From: Anaeromyxobacter sp.
GTDB taxonomy: Bacteria; Myxococcota; Myxococcia; Myxococcales; Anaeromyxobacteraceae
Assembly (NCBI GenBank): GCA_049840735.1
Contig: JASGJN010000013.1
Coordinates: 32,001 to 96,000 of the forward strand
Length of the DNA stretch: 64,000 nucleotides
Reading direction: 5' to 3'
Shown here: in pieces, positions 54,941 through 64,000 of the stretch
Layout: every line of letters starts with the position of its first letter
Numbering within the stretch: the stretch's first letter is position 1
Notes under the pieces: generated by a model
The model's input: only the letters and a program-made list of their open reading frames with translations
Databases searched by the model: none
Told to the model about the DNA's origin: nothing
Position numbers and translations under genes: made by a program

Positions 54941-57193
54941 ATGGGAACGGTCGGGTGGCGTGGCCTGCTCCTGGCGGCGGCGGTCGCCTTGACGATCGGG
55001 TTCCTGGCCAGCAGCGGCTGCGGCCCGAGCGGGAACAAGAGCGGTGGCAGCGCCGGCGGCACGCCCCCGGCAACGGCGGGAACCAGCCTGCAGCTGGAGA
55101 TCCAGTCGGTGCAGGTCCCGCAGACCGGGACGGCCACCGTCACCTTCCGCGCCACCGACGGGAGCGGCCAGGCCGTGGACCTCTTGCAGGAGATCCGCAA
55201 CGCCGGCGCCGGCGCCTACCCGCGCACCTCCGCGCCCCGGTTCACGCTGGCCGAGCTGCAGCCGGACGGCACCTACCTCTCGGCCTACGAGCGGAGCATC
55301 ACCGGCAAGCCCTACCAGCTGACCGACGGCGGGCCGGAGCAGCCGCCGGCGCTGGCCGCGACCCCGCAGGCGGTGGCTGACCCAGTGCCGGCCGCCGACC
55401 CGGACCTGGGCAACCGCCTCACCGCCCAGGGCGACGGCGTCTACACCTTCCAGCTCTCCGCGCCGGCGCGGACTGACCTGGACCGGACCCGCACCTGGAC
55501 CGTGGCCATGTGGGCCACCCGCACCCTCTCCGCCACCGACGGCGGCCACCCGGCCAGCGCCGCGCTCCCCTTCGTGCCGGACGGCGGCATGGCCCAGGGC
55601 TGGCACGTGGTGATCGACGCGGCCTGCAACACCTGCCACGGGCGGCTCGAGGCGCACGACCGGCGCACCGGCGTGGCCCTGTGCGTCACCTGCCACTCGC
55701 CGCAGACCACCGACCCGGAGAGCGGGAACAACGTGGACCTGGCGGTGATGGTCCACCGCATCCACCGCGGCGCCGGCCTGCCCTCGGTGGCGAACCCACC
55801 CGGGATCCCGTACCGGATCGTCGGCTTCGCGCCCAACAACCCGGCGGTCCTCCCGCCCTCGGCGGTGCAGGACTACTCCGAGGTGACCTTCCCGCGCGCC
55901 ATCGTGGACTGCACCGCCTGCCACCAGGGAGCGGACGCCGACCGCTGGAAGAGCGCCGCCTCCTACCGCGCCTGCAACTCCTGCCACGACAACGTCCGCT
56001 TCGACGTGTCCGCCCCGGCCCGCTGCGCCAGCGGCGCGCCGGACCTCGCGCCCTGCAACCACACCGCCGGCGAGGTGCCGGGCGCCCCCACCGCCAACTG
56101 CGCCGGGTGCCACACCGCCGAGGCGGTCGCGGGCCACCACGTGAACCAGCTGGCGGGCTGGGCCTCGCGCTTCCGCTACGAGCTCGTCTCGGCGACGGTG
56201 GACGCGAACCGGCAGCCGGTGGTCCAGTTCCGGGTGGTGGACCCCACCAGCGGCGACGCGCCCTACGACATCAAGACCGACCCGGCCTTCACCGCAGCAG
56301 GCGGCGCCTCCTCGCTCACGGTGGACGTGGCCTGGCCCACCACCGAGTACAGCAACGCCGGGTCGAGCCGACCCTACGGCCAGCCCATCGCCATGAACGC
56401 GCTCACCACGGCCACGGCCGTGGACGGGCAGCCGGGGGTCTTCCAGGTCACCACGCAGCCGGGCCAGGGCGGCGCGCCGGCCGCCACCGTGCCGGCGGGC
56501 GTGGACGCGATCACGGTGGTGATCGAGGGGCACCCGGCGCAGGGCACCCAGCGGCTCCCGGTCACCTCGCTGGTGCAGGACGTTGCGCTGGGCGGGGGGA
56601 CGCCGCCCGCGCGGCGGGTGGTGGTGGAGACGGCGAAGTGCAACGCCTGCCACGGCCAGCTCTCCGCGCACGGCTCCAACCGCAACGGCGACGTGCGGGC
56701 CTGCCAGGTCTGTCACAACCCCGAGGCCACCGACAAGGGCCGCCGCACCGCGGCCGCCCCGCCCGTCGCCGGCGAGGAGTCGGTGGACTTCAAGGTGCTG
56801 ATCCACGAGGTCCACGGCGTGGGCGTCCGGACCAGCGACGTCACCATCATCGGCTTCGGCGGCAACCCGAACGTCTTCCCCATCGGCCTGCCCTTCACCG
56901 GCGACTGCGCCAAGTGCCACGTCGGCACCAGCTACGCCATCCCGCTGGACGCGGCGGTGGTGCGCGACACCACCGTGGACTCCGGCGCCGACCCGCAGGG
57001 CCCGGACGACAACCTGCGCCGGCCGAAGAACCAGGCGGTCTGCCTAGCCTGCCACGACAACGCCACCATCCACGTGGCGCAGTACACGTCGGACGGGGTG
57101 GAGCGGTGCCAGGAGTGCCACGCCGCAGGCGGGACCGTGGACGTGGCCAAGGTCCACCCGATCACGCCGGCCGCGCAGACAATCAGGCGATGA
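54941..57193 (+). CDS. Decaheme c-type cytochrome lipoprotein, OmcA/MtrC family
   Basis: GGAGG RBS, lipobox ASSGC, ten CxxCH in two groups of five, each after a beta-rich domain. Confidence 0.92.
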   Translation: MGTVGWRGLLLAAAVALTIGFLASSGCGPSGNKSGGSAGGTPPATAGTSLQLEIQSVQVPQTGTATVTFRATDGSGQAVDLLQEIRNAGAGAYPRTSAPRFTLAELQPDGTYLSAYERSITGKPYQLTDGGPEQPPALAATPQAVADPVPAADPDLGNRLTAQGDGVYTFQLSAPARTDLDRTRTWTVAMWATRTLSATDGGHPASAALPFVPDGGMAQGWHVVIDAACNTCHGRLEAHDRRTGVALCVTCHSPQTTDPESGNNVDLAVMVHRIHRGAGLPSVANPPGIPYRIVGFAPNNPAVLPPSAVQDYSEVTFPRAIVDCTACHQGADADRWKSAASYRACNSCHDNVRFDVSAPARCASGAPDLAPCNHTAGEVPGAPTANCAGCHTAEAVAGHHVNQLAGWASRFRYELVSATVDANRQPVVQFRVVDPTSGDAPYDIKTDPAFTAAGGASSLTVDVAWPTTEYSNAGSSRPYGQPIAMNALTTATAVDGQPGVFQVTTQPGQGGAPAATVPAGVDAITVVIEGHPAQGTQRLPVTSLVQDVALGGGTPPARRVVVETAKCNACHGQLSAHGSNRNGDVRACQVCHNPEATDKGRRTAAAPPVAGEESVDFKVLIHEVHGVGVRTSDVTIIGFGGNPNVFPIGLPFTGDCAKCHVGTSYAIPLDAAVVRDTTVDSGADPQGPDDNLRRPKNQAVCLACHDNATIHVAQYTSDGVERCQECHAAGGTVDVAKVHPITPAAQTIRR

Positions 57194-57196
57194 GGC

Positions 57197-57529
57197 CTAC
57201 TCCAGCCCGACCTCGACCGCCTTCGCGCCGCCGTCCTCCAGCACGAACCAGACGCGCACCGGGCGGCCGGCCTGGAGCGCGTCCGCGCCCAGCGGCGCGC
57301 CGGTCCGGTCCAGCACCGGCACGTCCGGCGCCAGGCGGAAGGTGACGATCCCGGCGGCGGTCATGACCTGAAACGTCACGGTCTGGAGCCGGAACCGCTC
57401 CGCGTCCAGCCGCAGCACCGTCCCGGCGTCGGAGCGGAGCCGGTCGGTGACCGGCGCCTGGCGCGGGGCCGGGAACGGGAGCGCGGCCAGGGCCAGCGCC
57501 AGGGTGAGCGCGTGCAGCGCGGCGGTCAT
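57197..57529 (-). CDS. Small exported hypothetical protein
   Basis: ATGA overlap with the NUDIX stop, signal-like N-terminus. Confidence 0.65.
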   Translation of the reverse strand: MTAALHALTLALALAALPFPAPRQAPVTDRLRSDAGTVLRLDAERFRLQTVTFQVMTAAGIVTFRLAPDVPVLDRTGAPLGADALQAGRPVRVWFVLEDGGAKAVEVGLE

Positions 57530-58221
57530 GGGCGCGGAGTATCCGCGATCCCCAGCCGCGCCGCCAGCCGCCTGAAGGCCAGCTCGGTCTTGGCGTCCTC
57601 GATCTCCCCGCGATCGCAGGCGGCCAGCGCCGCGCGCAGCTCGCGCCACTCCAGCTGCGCCCCCTCCTCCAGCGGCGAGCCGTCGCCGACCGCCGGCGCG
57701 TCGTAGGGGCCGGTCACGTCCGCCGGCTTCTCCACCTCCGCCTCGAGCAGGTCGATCTTCTCCGAGGCGATCCCGGGCAGGAGGAAGAACGGCCCGCCCA
57801 GCGGCCGCAGGCGGGCCGGGTCGAGCCGCAGCCCGGCCTCCTCGTGCGCCTCGTCGGCGCCGCGCCGGCACAGCGCCTCGAACCCCCGCTCGCCCGGCTC
57901 CAGCACCCCGGCCACGATCTCCTCGACCAGCAGGTAGCGCGGCTCGGGCAGGGCCGCGGCCTTGCCGGCGCGGAAGAGCGCCGCCGGGCGCAGGCCGCGG
58001 CGGGTGAGCACCTCCACGCCGGCCGGGGTGCGGGCCCACAGGCAGACCGCCACCGCGTCCAGCGTGGGCCGGTCGATGAGGTCGATCCGGTACTCGGGGG
58101 AGGCGCTGCCGTCGGCGCGCCGGTTGACGGCCAGCAGCCGCTTGAGCCGCAGGAAGCCCTCGTCCAGGCGCGAGCGGGCGGTCAGGTCCTCGACGATCTC
58201 GATGTCTGCGACGCGGGGCAT
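57526..58221 (-). CDS. NUDIX hydrolase (ADP-ribose pyrophosphatase-like)
   Basis: AGVLEPGE...DEAHEEAG Nudix-like box, GEIEDAKT. Confidence 0.85.
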   Translation of the reverse strand: MPRVADIEIVEDLTARSRLDEGFLRLKRLLAVNRRADGSASPEYRIDLIDRPTLDAVAVCLWARTPAGVEVLTRRGLRPAALFRAGKAAALPEPRYLLVEEIVAGVLEPGERGFEALCRRGADEAHEEAGLRLDPARLRPLGGPFFLLPGIASEKIDLLEAEVEKPADVTGPYDAPAVGDGSPLEEGAQLEWRELRAALAACDRGEIEDAKTELAFRRLAARLGIADTPRP

Positions 58222-58381
58222 GGGCCCTCCCGCCCGGCGGCGTGGCCGGGCCAGCCTCATGGTGCACCGGCGCGACGGCGGCGAGAAGGGACCGGACGCC
58301 GCGCTGGCCGCCTGCCCGCCCGGGCCGCGTGCCCGCGACGCGAGGCGTCGCCAGCTTTCGCGGACGGAGGAAGCCCGCCCC

Positions 58382-58939
58382 ATGACCCTGCAGGAGATCA
58401 CCGACGGCGTGACCGAGCTGGCGCAGCTCGATCTGGACGCCATCGCGGCCTACGACCGCGCGCTCGCCGCCCTGGACGACGGCCCCATCGCCCACCAGCT
58501 GGCCGGGTTCAAGCTCGATCACCAGCGCCACGTGCTGGAGCTGTCGCAGCTGCTGCTCGCCGCCGGCCGCTCGCCGCCCGAGGCGCGCCCGGACGTGAAG
58601 GGCGCCATCCTGGGCGGCGTGACGGCGCTCCGCTCGCGGCTGGGGACCGAGCAGGCCCTGGCCGCCATGCGGACCAACGAGTCGCTCACCACCTCGACCT
58701 ACGCGCGCATGCTGGCCCGCCCGTTCCCGCCCGACGTGCTGGAGGCGGTCCGGCGCGGCTACGCCGACGAGCAGCGCCACCTGTCCTGGATCGAACGGGC
58801 GCTCGACCAGCGGCTGTGGGAGCAGGAGGCGGGCGCGGGGATCTCGAGCGCAGGGACGGGGCCCGCCCTTCGACTCCGCCGCGGCGGTGCGCCGCGGCTA
58901 CGCTCAGGGCGAACGGGCGTCCGCGCCCGTTCGGCCTGA
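58382..58939 (+). CDS. Ferritin-like four-helix-bundle protein
   Basis: DLDAIAAY, DHQRH, DEQRHL.W. The C-terminal tail is encoded by the repeat element. Confidence 0.8.
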   Translation: MTLQEITDGVTELAQLDLDAIAAYDRALAALDDGPIAHQLAGFKLDHQRHVLELSQLLLAAGRSPPEARPDVKGAILGGVTALRSRLGTEQALAAMRTNESLTTSTYARMLARPFPPDVLEAVRRGYADEQRHLSWIERALDQRLWEQEAGAGISSAGTGPALRLRRGGAPRLRSGRTGVRARSA

Positions 58940-58974
58940 GCGTAGCGCCCGCGCAGCGGGCGCGGAGTCGAAGG
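58866..58974. repeat. Inverted pair of REP-like elements
   Basis: 58866-58916 and its inverted copy 58927-58974 share CCTTCGACTCCG and CTACGCTCAGG.CGAACGG. Confidence 0.85.
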
Positions 58975-58999
58975 CCAGGGGCAAGCGGATCCTCCCCGC

Positions 59000-61531
59000 C
59001 TACCGGTACCCCTCAATCTCGTCGAACTGCAGGTACCGGTACACCTGCCCTGCCTTGGGCGCGATCTTCTCCCCGTACGCGGCCAGGTACTCGGCCGGCG
59101 TGGGCAGCCGGCCCAGGCTGGCGGCCACCGCGCCCAGCTCGGCCGAGCCGAGGAACACCTTGGCGCCCTTGCCCATGCGGTCGTCGAAGTTGCGGGTCGA
59201 GGTGGAGTAGACGGTCACGCCGTCCGGGACCCGCGCCTGGTTGCCCATGCAGAGCGAGCAGCCGGCGGTCTCGATGCGGGCGCCCACCTGGCCGAAGACC
59301 GAGAAGAAGGCCTCCTCCTTGAGCTGCTCCTGGTCCATCCGCGTGGGCGGGACGATCCAGGTGCGCGCCACGCCCGTCCCCTTCCCGCCGCGCCACACCT
59401 CGCCGGCGGCGCGGAAGTGGCCGATGTTGGTCATGCAGGAGCCGAGGAAGACGTCGTCGATCCTGGTGCCCTGCACCTCGGAGAGCGGCTTCACGTCGTC
59501 CGGGTCGTTCGGGCAGGCGACGATGGGCTCGGTGATCTGGTCGAGGTCGATCTCGAGGTCCGCCGCGTAGCTGGCGGCCGGGTCGGCCCGGAGCAGCTCG
59601 GGCCTGGCCAGCCAGGCCTCCACCGCCGCGATGCGCTTCTCCAGCGCGGCGCGGTCGCCGTAGCCGTCGGCCAGCATCCTGCGCATCAGCGCCGCGTTGG
59701 ACCGCAGGTAGTCGGCCACGCTCTTCACCGACAGGTCCACCGTGGCCGCCGCCGCGCTCCGCTCGGCCGCGGCGTCGGTCAGCTCGAAGGCCTGCTCCAC
59801 CGTCAGGTCGGGCAGCCCCTCCATCTCCAGGATCCGGCCGTTGAAGACGTTCTTCTTGTTCTTCTTGGGGACGGTGAGCAGCCCCTGCCGGATGGCCCAG
59901 AGCGGGATGGCGTTGACCACGTCACGCAGCGTGATGCCCGGGCGCAGCGCCCCCTTGAACCGGACGCGGACGCTCTCCGGCATGTCCAGCGGCAGGAAGC
60001 CCAGCGCGGCGCCGAAGGCCACCAGCCCCGAGCCGGCCGGGAAGGAGATGCCGATGGGGAAGCGGGTGTGCGAGTCGCCGCCGGTGCCCACGGTGTCGGG
60101 CAGGAGCAGCCGGTTGAGCCAGGAGTGGATCACGCCGTCGCCCGGCCGCAGCGAGACGCCGCCCCGCACCTGGATGAAGCCCGGCAGCGCGCGCTGCATC
60201 TTCACGTCGGCCGGCTTGGGGTAGGCCGCGGTGTGGCAGAAGGACTGCATGACCAGCGGCGCCTGGAAGCGCAGGCAGGCCAGCTCCTTGAGCTCGTCGG
60301 CGGTCATGGGCCCGGTGGTGTCCTGCGAGCCGACCGTGGTCATGCGCGGCTCGTAGTAGCCGCCGGGCAGCGCGCCGGGCAGCCCGCAGGCGCGCCCGAC
60401 CATCTTCTGCGCCAGCGTGTAGGCCTGCGCGGGCGCCGGCTCCGGGTTCTTCGGCCGCGCGAAGGCGGTGGCCGGCCCCTGCCCCAGCGCCTGGCGGGCC
60501 TTGTCGGTGAGCGCCCGGCCCACGATGAGCGGGATCCGGCCGCCGGCGCGGAACTCGTCGGGCAGCGTGACCGGGTCGAGCGCGAAGGTGGCCAGCACCT
60601 CGCCGCCGGCGCCGCGCAGCTCGCCGCGGGCGGTGTCGACCTCGATCACGTCGCCGGTCCTGAGCTTGCTGACGTCGGCGCGGATGGGCAGCGCGCCCGA
60701 GTCCTGCGCCGTGTTGAAGAAGATGGGGGCGATCTGGCCGCCGATGATCACGCCGCCGCGCCGTTTGTTGGGCACGAAGGGGATGTCCTCGCCGATGTGC
60801 CAGAGCACCGAGTTGATGGCGGACTTGCGCGAGGAGCCGGTGCCGACCACGTCACCCACGAACGCGACCTGGAAGCCCTCGGCGCGGAAGCCGGCGATGG
60901 TGGCCAGCCCGCCGGGGAAGCGGGTCTTGCCCATGGCCAGCGCGTGGAGCGGGATGTCCGGGCGCGTGGCGGCGTCGCCCGCGGGCGAGAAGTCGTCGGT
61001 GTCGATCTCGCCGTCCACCTTGAAGACCTTGAGGCGGAGCCGCTCCGGCAGGCCGGGGCGGCCGGTGAACCAGCTGGCCCCGGCCCAGCGCTCCAGCACG
61101 CGCCGCGCCGCCGGGAGGCGCGCCGCCAGGGCGGCCACGGCCTCGAAGCCGTCGTGGACGTAGGTGGTCTGGGCCAGCGCCTGCACCGCCTCCTCGGCCA
61201 GCGCCGGGTCCTCCAGCGCGGCCAGCAGCGGCGGGACGTTGTAGCCGCCCATCATGGTCCCGAGCAGCGCCACCGCCTGCGCCGGCGTCACCACCGGGGA
61301 GCGCTTCTCGCCCCGGACGATGGCGCCCAGGAAGGTGGCCTTCACCTCGGCGGCCGGATCGACCCCGGGGGACACCCGGTCACGCAGCAGCCCCAGGAGG
61401 AACGCCTCCTCCCCGGCCGCCGGGCGCTCCAGCGCCTCCACCACGGCGCGGGCCTGGGCGGGATCGAGGGGACGGGCCGGGATTCCGAGCGCCTTCCGCT
61501 CGGACTCGTGCTGACGGTACTGGTCGAACAA
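59000..61531 (-). CDS. acnB: Aconitate hydratase B
   Basis: GAGGAG RBS with TTG start. GTGSSRKS, SQDTTG, QSFCH, GGDSHTR, GSCM, GCSLCMGNQ. Confidence 0.96.
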   Translation of the reverse strand: MFDQYRQHESERKALGIPARPLDPAQARAVVEALERPAAGEEAFLLGLLRDRVSPGVDPAAEVKATFLGAIVRGEKRSPVVTPAQAVALLGTMMGGYNVPPLLAALEDPALAEEAVQALAQTTYVHDGFEAVAALAARLPAARRVLERWAGASWFTGRPGLPERLRLKVFKVDGEIDTDDFSPAGDAATRPDIPLHALAMGKTRFPGGLATIAGFRAEGFQVAFVGDVVGTGSSRKSAINSVLWHIGEDIPFVPNKRRGGVIIGGQIAPIFFNTAQDSGALPIRADVSKLRTGDVIEVDTARGELRGAGGEVLATFALDPVTLPDEFRAGGRIPLIVGRALTDKARQALGQGPATAFARPKNPEPAPAQAYTLAQKMVGRACGLPGALPGGYYEPRMTTVGSQDTTGPMTADELKELACLRFQAPLVMQSFCHTAAYPKPADVKMQRALPGFIQVRGGVSLRPGDGVIHSWLNRLLLPDTVGTGGDSHTRFPIGISFPAGSGLVAFGAALGFLPLDMPESVRVRFKGALRPGITLRDVVNAIPLWAIRQGLLTVPKKNKKNVFNGRILEMEGLPDLTVEQAFELTDAAAERSAAAATVDLSVKSVADYLRSNAALMRRMLADGYGDRAALEKRIAAVEAWLARPELLRADPAASYAADLEIDLDQITEPIVACPNDPDDVKPLSEVQGTRIDDVFLGSCMTNIGHFRAAGEVWRGGKGTGVARTWIVPPTRMDQEQLKEEAFFSVFGQVGARIETAGCSLCMGNQARVPDGVTVYSTSTRNFDDRMGKGAKVFLGSAELGAVAASLGRLPTPAEYLAAYGEKIAPKAGQVYRYLQFDEIEGYR

Positions 61532-61717
61532 GGGCGCACTCCTCAGGCGGACGGTACCGGGTGTGTATAGCACGCCCCAGGGGGTCAAACCCGCCGCGCC
61601 TGGGGCGCCTCGACCCGGGCGAAGCCACGGCTTTCCGCGGACTTCGAGCGCGGCTAGAGTCTGCCACCGGCGCCGCGCACCCGTCCGGCCCGGAGGCCGC
61701 TTCCGAGCTCGCTCCAC

Positions 61718-64000
61718 ATGACCACCTCTCCCTCGACAGGGCCCCGCCGGACGGACGCTACCGACGTACGCATCCAGGACCACGCCTGCCACCTGTACGA
61801 GACCGCCGACGAGGCGCTGGCCGCGGCGGCCCGGGTGCTGGCCACGGCGCGGGCCCGCGGCGAGCGCGCGCTGTGGCTCCACGCGCCCGGCGCGCCGGTG
61901 GAGCAGGCGCTGCGCGCGGCCGGGGTGGACGTGGCCGCCGAGCAGGCGCGGGGCACGCTGGAGCTGATGCCGGCGCGCCAGTTCTTCCTGCCCGGCGGCA
62001 CCTTCGAGCCGGAGGTGGTGGTGAGCGCGTGGCGCGCCCGCGCCAACGACGCCGCCCGCCACGGCTTCGGCGGCGTGCTGGCGGTGGCCGACATGAGCTG
62101 GGGCCTCGAGCCCCGGCTCGAATCCCGACCGGCTGGCCGTGTACGCGGCCCACCTCGGCCCCGCGCTGGAGCTGGGCGTGGGCGTGCTCTGCCAGTTCAA
62201 TCGCACCCGCTTCCCGCCCGCGGAGCTGCTGGGGGTGGTCCGGATGCACGACCTGGTGCTCCACGCCGGCCGCCTGCTGCGAAACCCGGAGGTCCTGCCG
62301 GCGCACGCGCTGATCACGCCCGAGCCCCCCTCCGCCGCGCTGGACCGCTTCCTGGCCCGGCTCCACGAGCGCGAGTCCAGCGAGGGCGCGCTGCGCGACA
62401 GCGAGCGGCTGCACCGGCTCCTGACCGAGAACGCCAAGGACGTGGTCTTCCGCATCCGGCTCGTGCCCGCGGTCGCGTTCGAGTACGTCAGCCCCTCGGT
62501 CACGGACATCACCGGCTACACGCCCGCCGAGCTCTACCAGCACCCGGAGCTCAACCAGGCGCTCGTCCACCCCGACGATCGCTGGCTGATCGGCGCGTCG
62601 GTCTCGGGCGAGGTCCAGCGCGAGGGCCCGTGGCGGATCCGCTGGGTGGGGCGCGACGGCCGGCTGATCTGGACCGAGCAGCAGGTGGTCTTCCTGCGGG
62701 ACGCCGAGGACCGCGTCGTCGCCGTCGAGGGGATCGTCCGGGACATCACGGCCCGGATCGCCGGGGAGGAGCGGCTGCGCGAGAGCGAGGAGCGCTTCCG
62801 CTCGGTGGTGGCCTCGCTGAGCGAGGGGATCGTCTTCTTCGACGCGCGCGGGCTCATCACCGACTGCAACGCCTCGGCCGAGCGGATCCTGGGGCAGCCG
62901 CGCGACCGGCTGCTGGGGCGCGCCGCCGCCGAAAACTGGAACGCCCTGGGCGACGACGGCTCGCCCGTGCCGCCGGACGCGTATCCGATCAACGTCACGC
63001 TCCGCACCGGCCAGCCGGTGCGCAACGCGATGCTGGGGCTGCCGCAGCCGGACGGCACGCTGCGCTGGGTGACCCTCAGCTCCGAGCCGCTGACCCGGCC
63101 CGGCGAGCCGCGGCCCTACGGCGCGGTCAGCTCGGTGAGCGACGTGAGCGCCGAGCGGCGCGCCTGGGTGGAGGTCCGGCGCCGGGAGGCGCAGCTGCGC
63201 GTGGCCATGGAGTGCGCCGGCCACGCCTACTGGGAGGTGGACGTCCTCACCGGCCAGATGATCGGCACCCCCTGGACGCTGGCCGGCTACGCCGCCGCCG
63301 AGATCACCCCGCAGCTGGACAGCTACACGGAGCTGGTGCACCCCGACGACCGCGGCCGCCGGCACGACGCCTACATGGCCCACGTGGCCGGGGTGGGGCC
63401 GGCGCGCGACGCGTACCGGGCCGAGTACCGGCTGCGCCACCGCGACGGCACCTGGATCTGGGTCATGTCCAGCGGGCGCGCCGTGTCGCGCGATCCGGCC
63501 GGGCGCGCGCTGCGCATGGCCGGGACCATCACCGACGTCACCGAGCACCGCCGGCTGGAGGAGGAGCTGCGCCACGCCGACCGGCTGGCCAGCGCCGGCA
63601 CGCTGGCGGCCGGGCTGGCGCACGAGGTGAACAACCCGCTGGCCTATGTGGTCGCGAACCTGGGCTTCCTGGAGGAGGGGCTGGCCGGCCTCACCCCCGG
63701 CCCCGAGGTGGACGAGCTGCGGCGGGCGGTGCGCGAGTCGCTGGACGGCGCGGCCCGGGTCCGGGGCATCGTGGCCGGGCTCCGCCAGTTCGCCCTCCCC
63801 TCGCGCCGCGCCGTGCCCACGCCGGTGGACGTCCGGCAGGAGATCGACGCGGCGGTGGGCATCGCCCGCACCGAGGTCACCGCCCGCGCGCGGCTGGTCC
63901 TGGACCTGCCGCCCTCGCTGCCGCGGGTGCGGGCCGGCGAGCACGAGCTGGGGCAGGTGCTGGTCAACCTGCTGGTCAACGCGGCCCAGGCCATCCCGGA
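61718..64000 (+). CDS. MEDS-PAS-PAS-PAS sensor histidine kinase (3' end outside window, apparent frameshift near 62121)
   Basis: DHACHLY...DMSW...LCQF MEDS-like domain, three PAS/PAC, AHEVNNP, NLLVNA. Confidence 0.85.
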   Translation, partial: MTTSPSTGPRRTDATDVRIQDHACHLYETADEALAAAARVLATARARGERALWLHAPGAPVEQALRAAGVDVAAEQARGTLELMPARQFFLPGGTFEPEVVVSAWRARANDAARHGFGGVLAVADMSWGLEPRLESRPAGRVRGPPRPRAGAGRGRALPVQSHPLPARGAAGGGPDARPGAPRRPPAAKPGGPAGARADHARAPLRRAGPLPGPAPRARVQRGRAARQRAAAPAPDRERQGRGLPHPARARGRVRVRQPLGHGHHRLHARRALPAPGAQPGARPPRRSLADRRVGLGRGPARGPVADPLGGARRPADLDRAAGGLPAGRRGPRRRRRGDRPGHHGPDRRGGAAARERGALPLGGGLAERGDRLLRRARAHHRLQRLGRADPGAAARPAAGARRRRKLERPGRRRLARAAGRVSDQRHAPHRPAGAQRDAGAAAAGRHAALGDPQLRAADPARRAAALRRGQLGERRERRAARLGGGPAPGGAAARGHGVRRPRLLGGGRPHRPDDRHPLDAGRLRRRRDHPAAGQLHGAGAPRRPRPPARRLHGPRGRGGAGARRVPGRVPAAPPRRHLDLGHVQRARRVARSGRARAAHGRDHHRRHRAPPAGGGAAPRRPAGQRRHAGGRAGARGEQPAGLCGREPGLPGGGAGRPHPRPRGGRAAAGGARVAGRRGPGPGHRGRAPPVRPPLAPRRAHAGGRPAGDRRGGGHRPHRGHRPRAAGPGPAALAAAGAGRRARAGAGAGQPAGQRGPGHPG

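Noticed and set aside
61564..61588. TTGACC and TATACA upstream of acnB as a sigma70 promoter
   Set aside because: The spacer is only 13 nt.
59000..62512. AcnB with a ~330-aa N-terminal extension
   Set aside because: AcnB similarity starts at TTG 61531 with an RBS. The extension is antisense to the MEDS kinase.

Overview
High-GC chromosomal segment, most consistent with an Anaeromyxobacter-like Myxococcota genome (inferred from gene content). It contains polX, ampG, and two head-to-head respiratory complex I gene sets: nuoABCDGHI on the minus strand and nuoABCDHIJKLMN on the plus strand, with no nuoEF in the window. It also holds a VWA lipoprotein, an OmpA protein, an Rrf2-agmatinase-ClpX-like group, a DnaK-like/J-domain/CvpA operon, a dGTPase, gltX-glnS(YqeY), three sensor kinases, tRNA-Glu and tRNA-Gln, an aspartase/fumarase, an orphan decaheme MtrC/OmcA-type cytochrome and acnB. 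The most unusual element is a ~1770-aa Cys-rich surface protein. It has an internal MYXO-CTERM-like sorting signal followed in frame by a second lipoprotein signal, and it lies divergent from a CPBP (myxosortase-like) intramembrane protease, which suggests a polyprotein-processing system. About eleven apparent frameshifts or lost stops cluster at GATC or GAGACC contexts and are probably sequencing artefacts. A REP-like repeat family is present, with one copy inside a coding sequence. No transposase, integrase, prophage or CRISPR array was seen.
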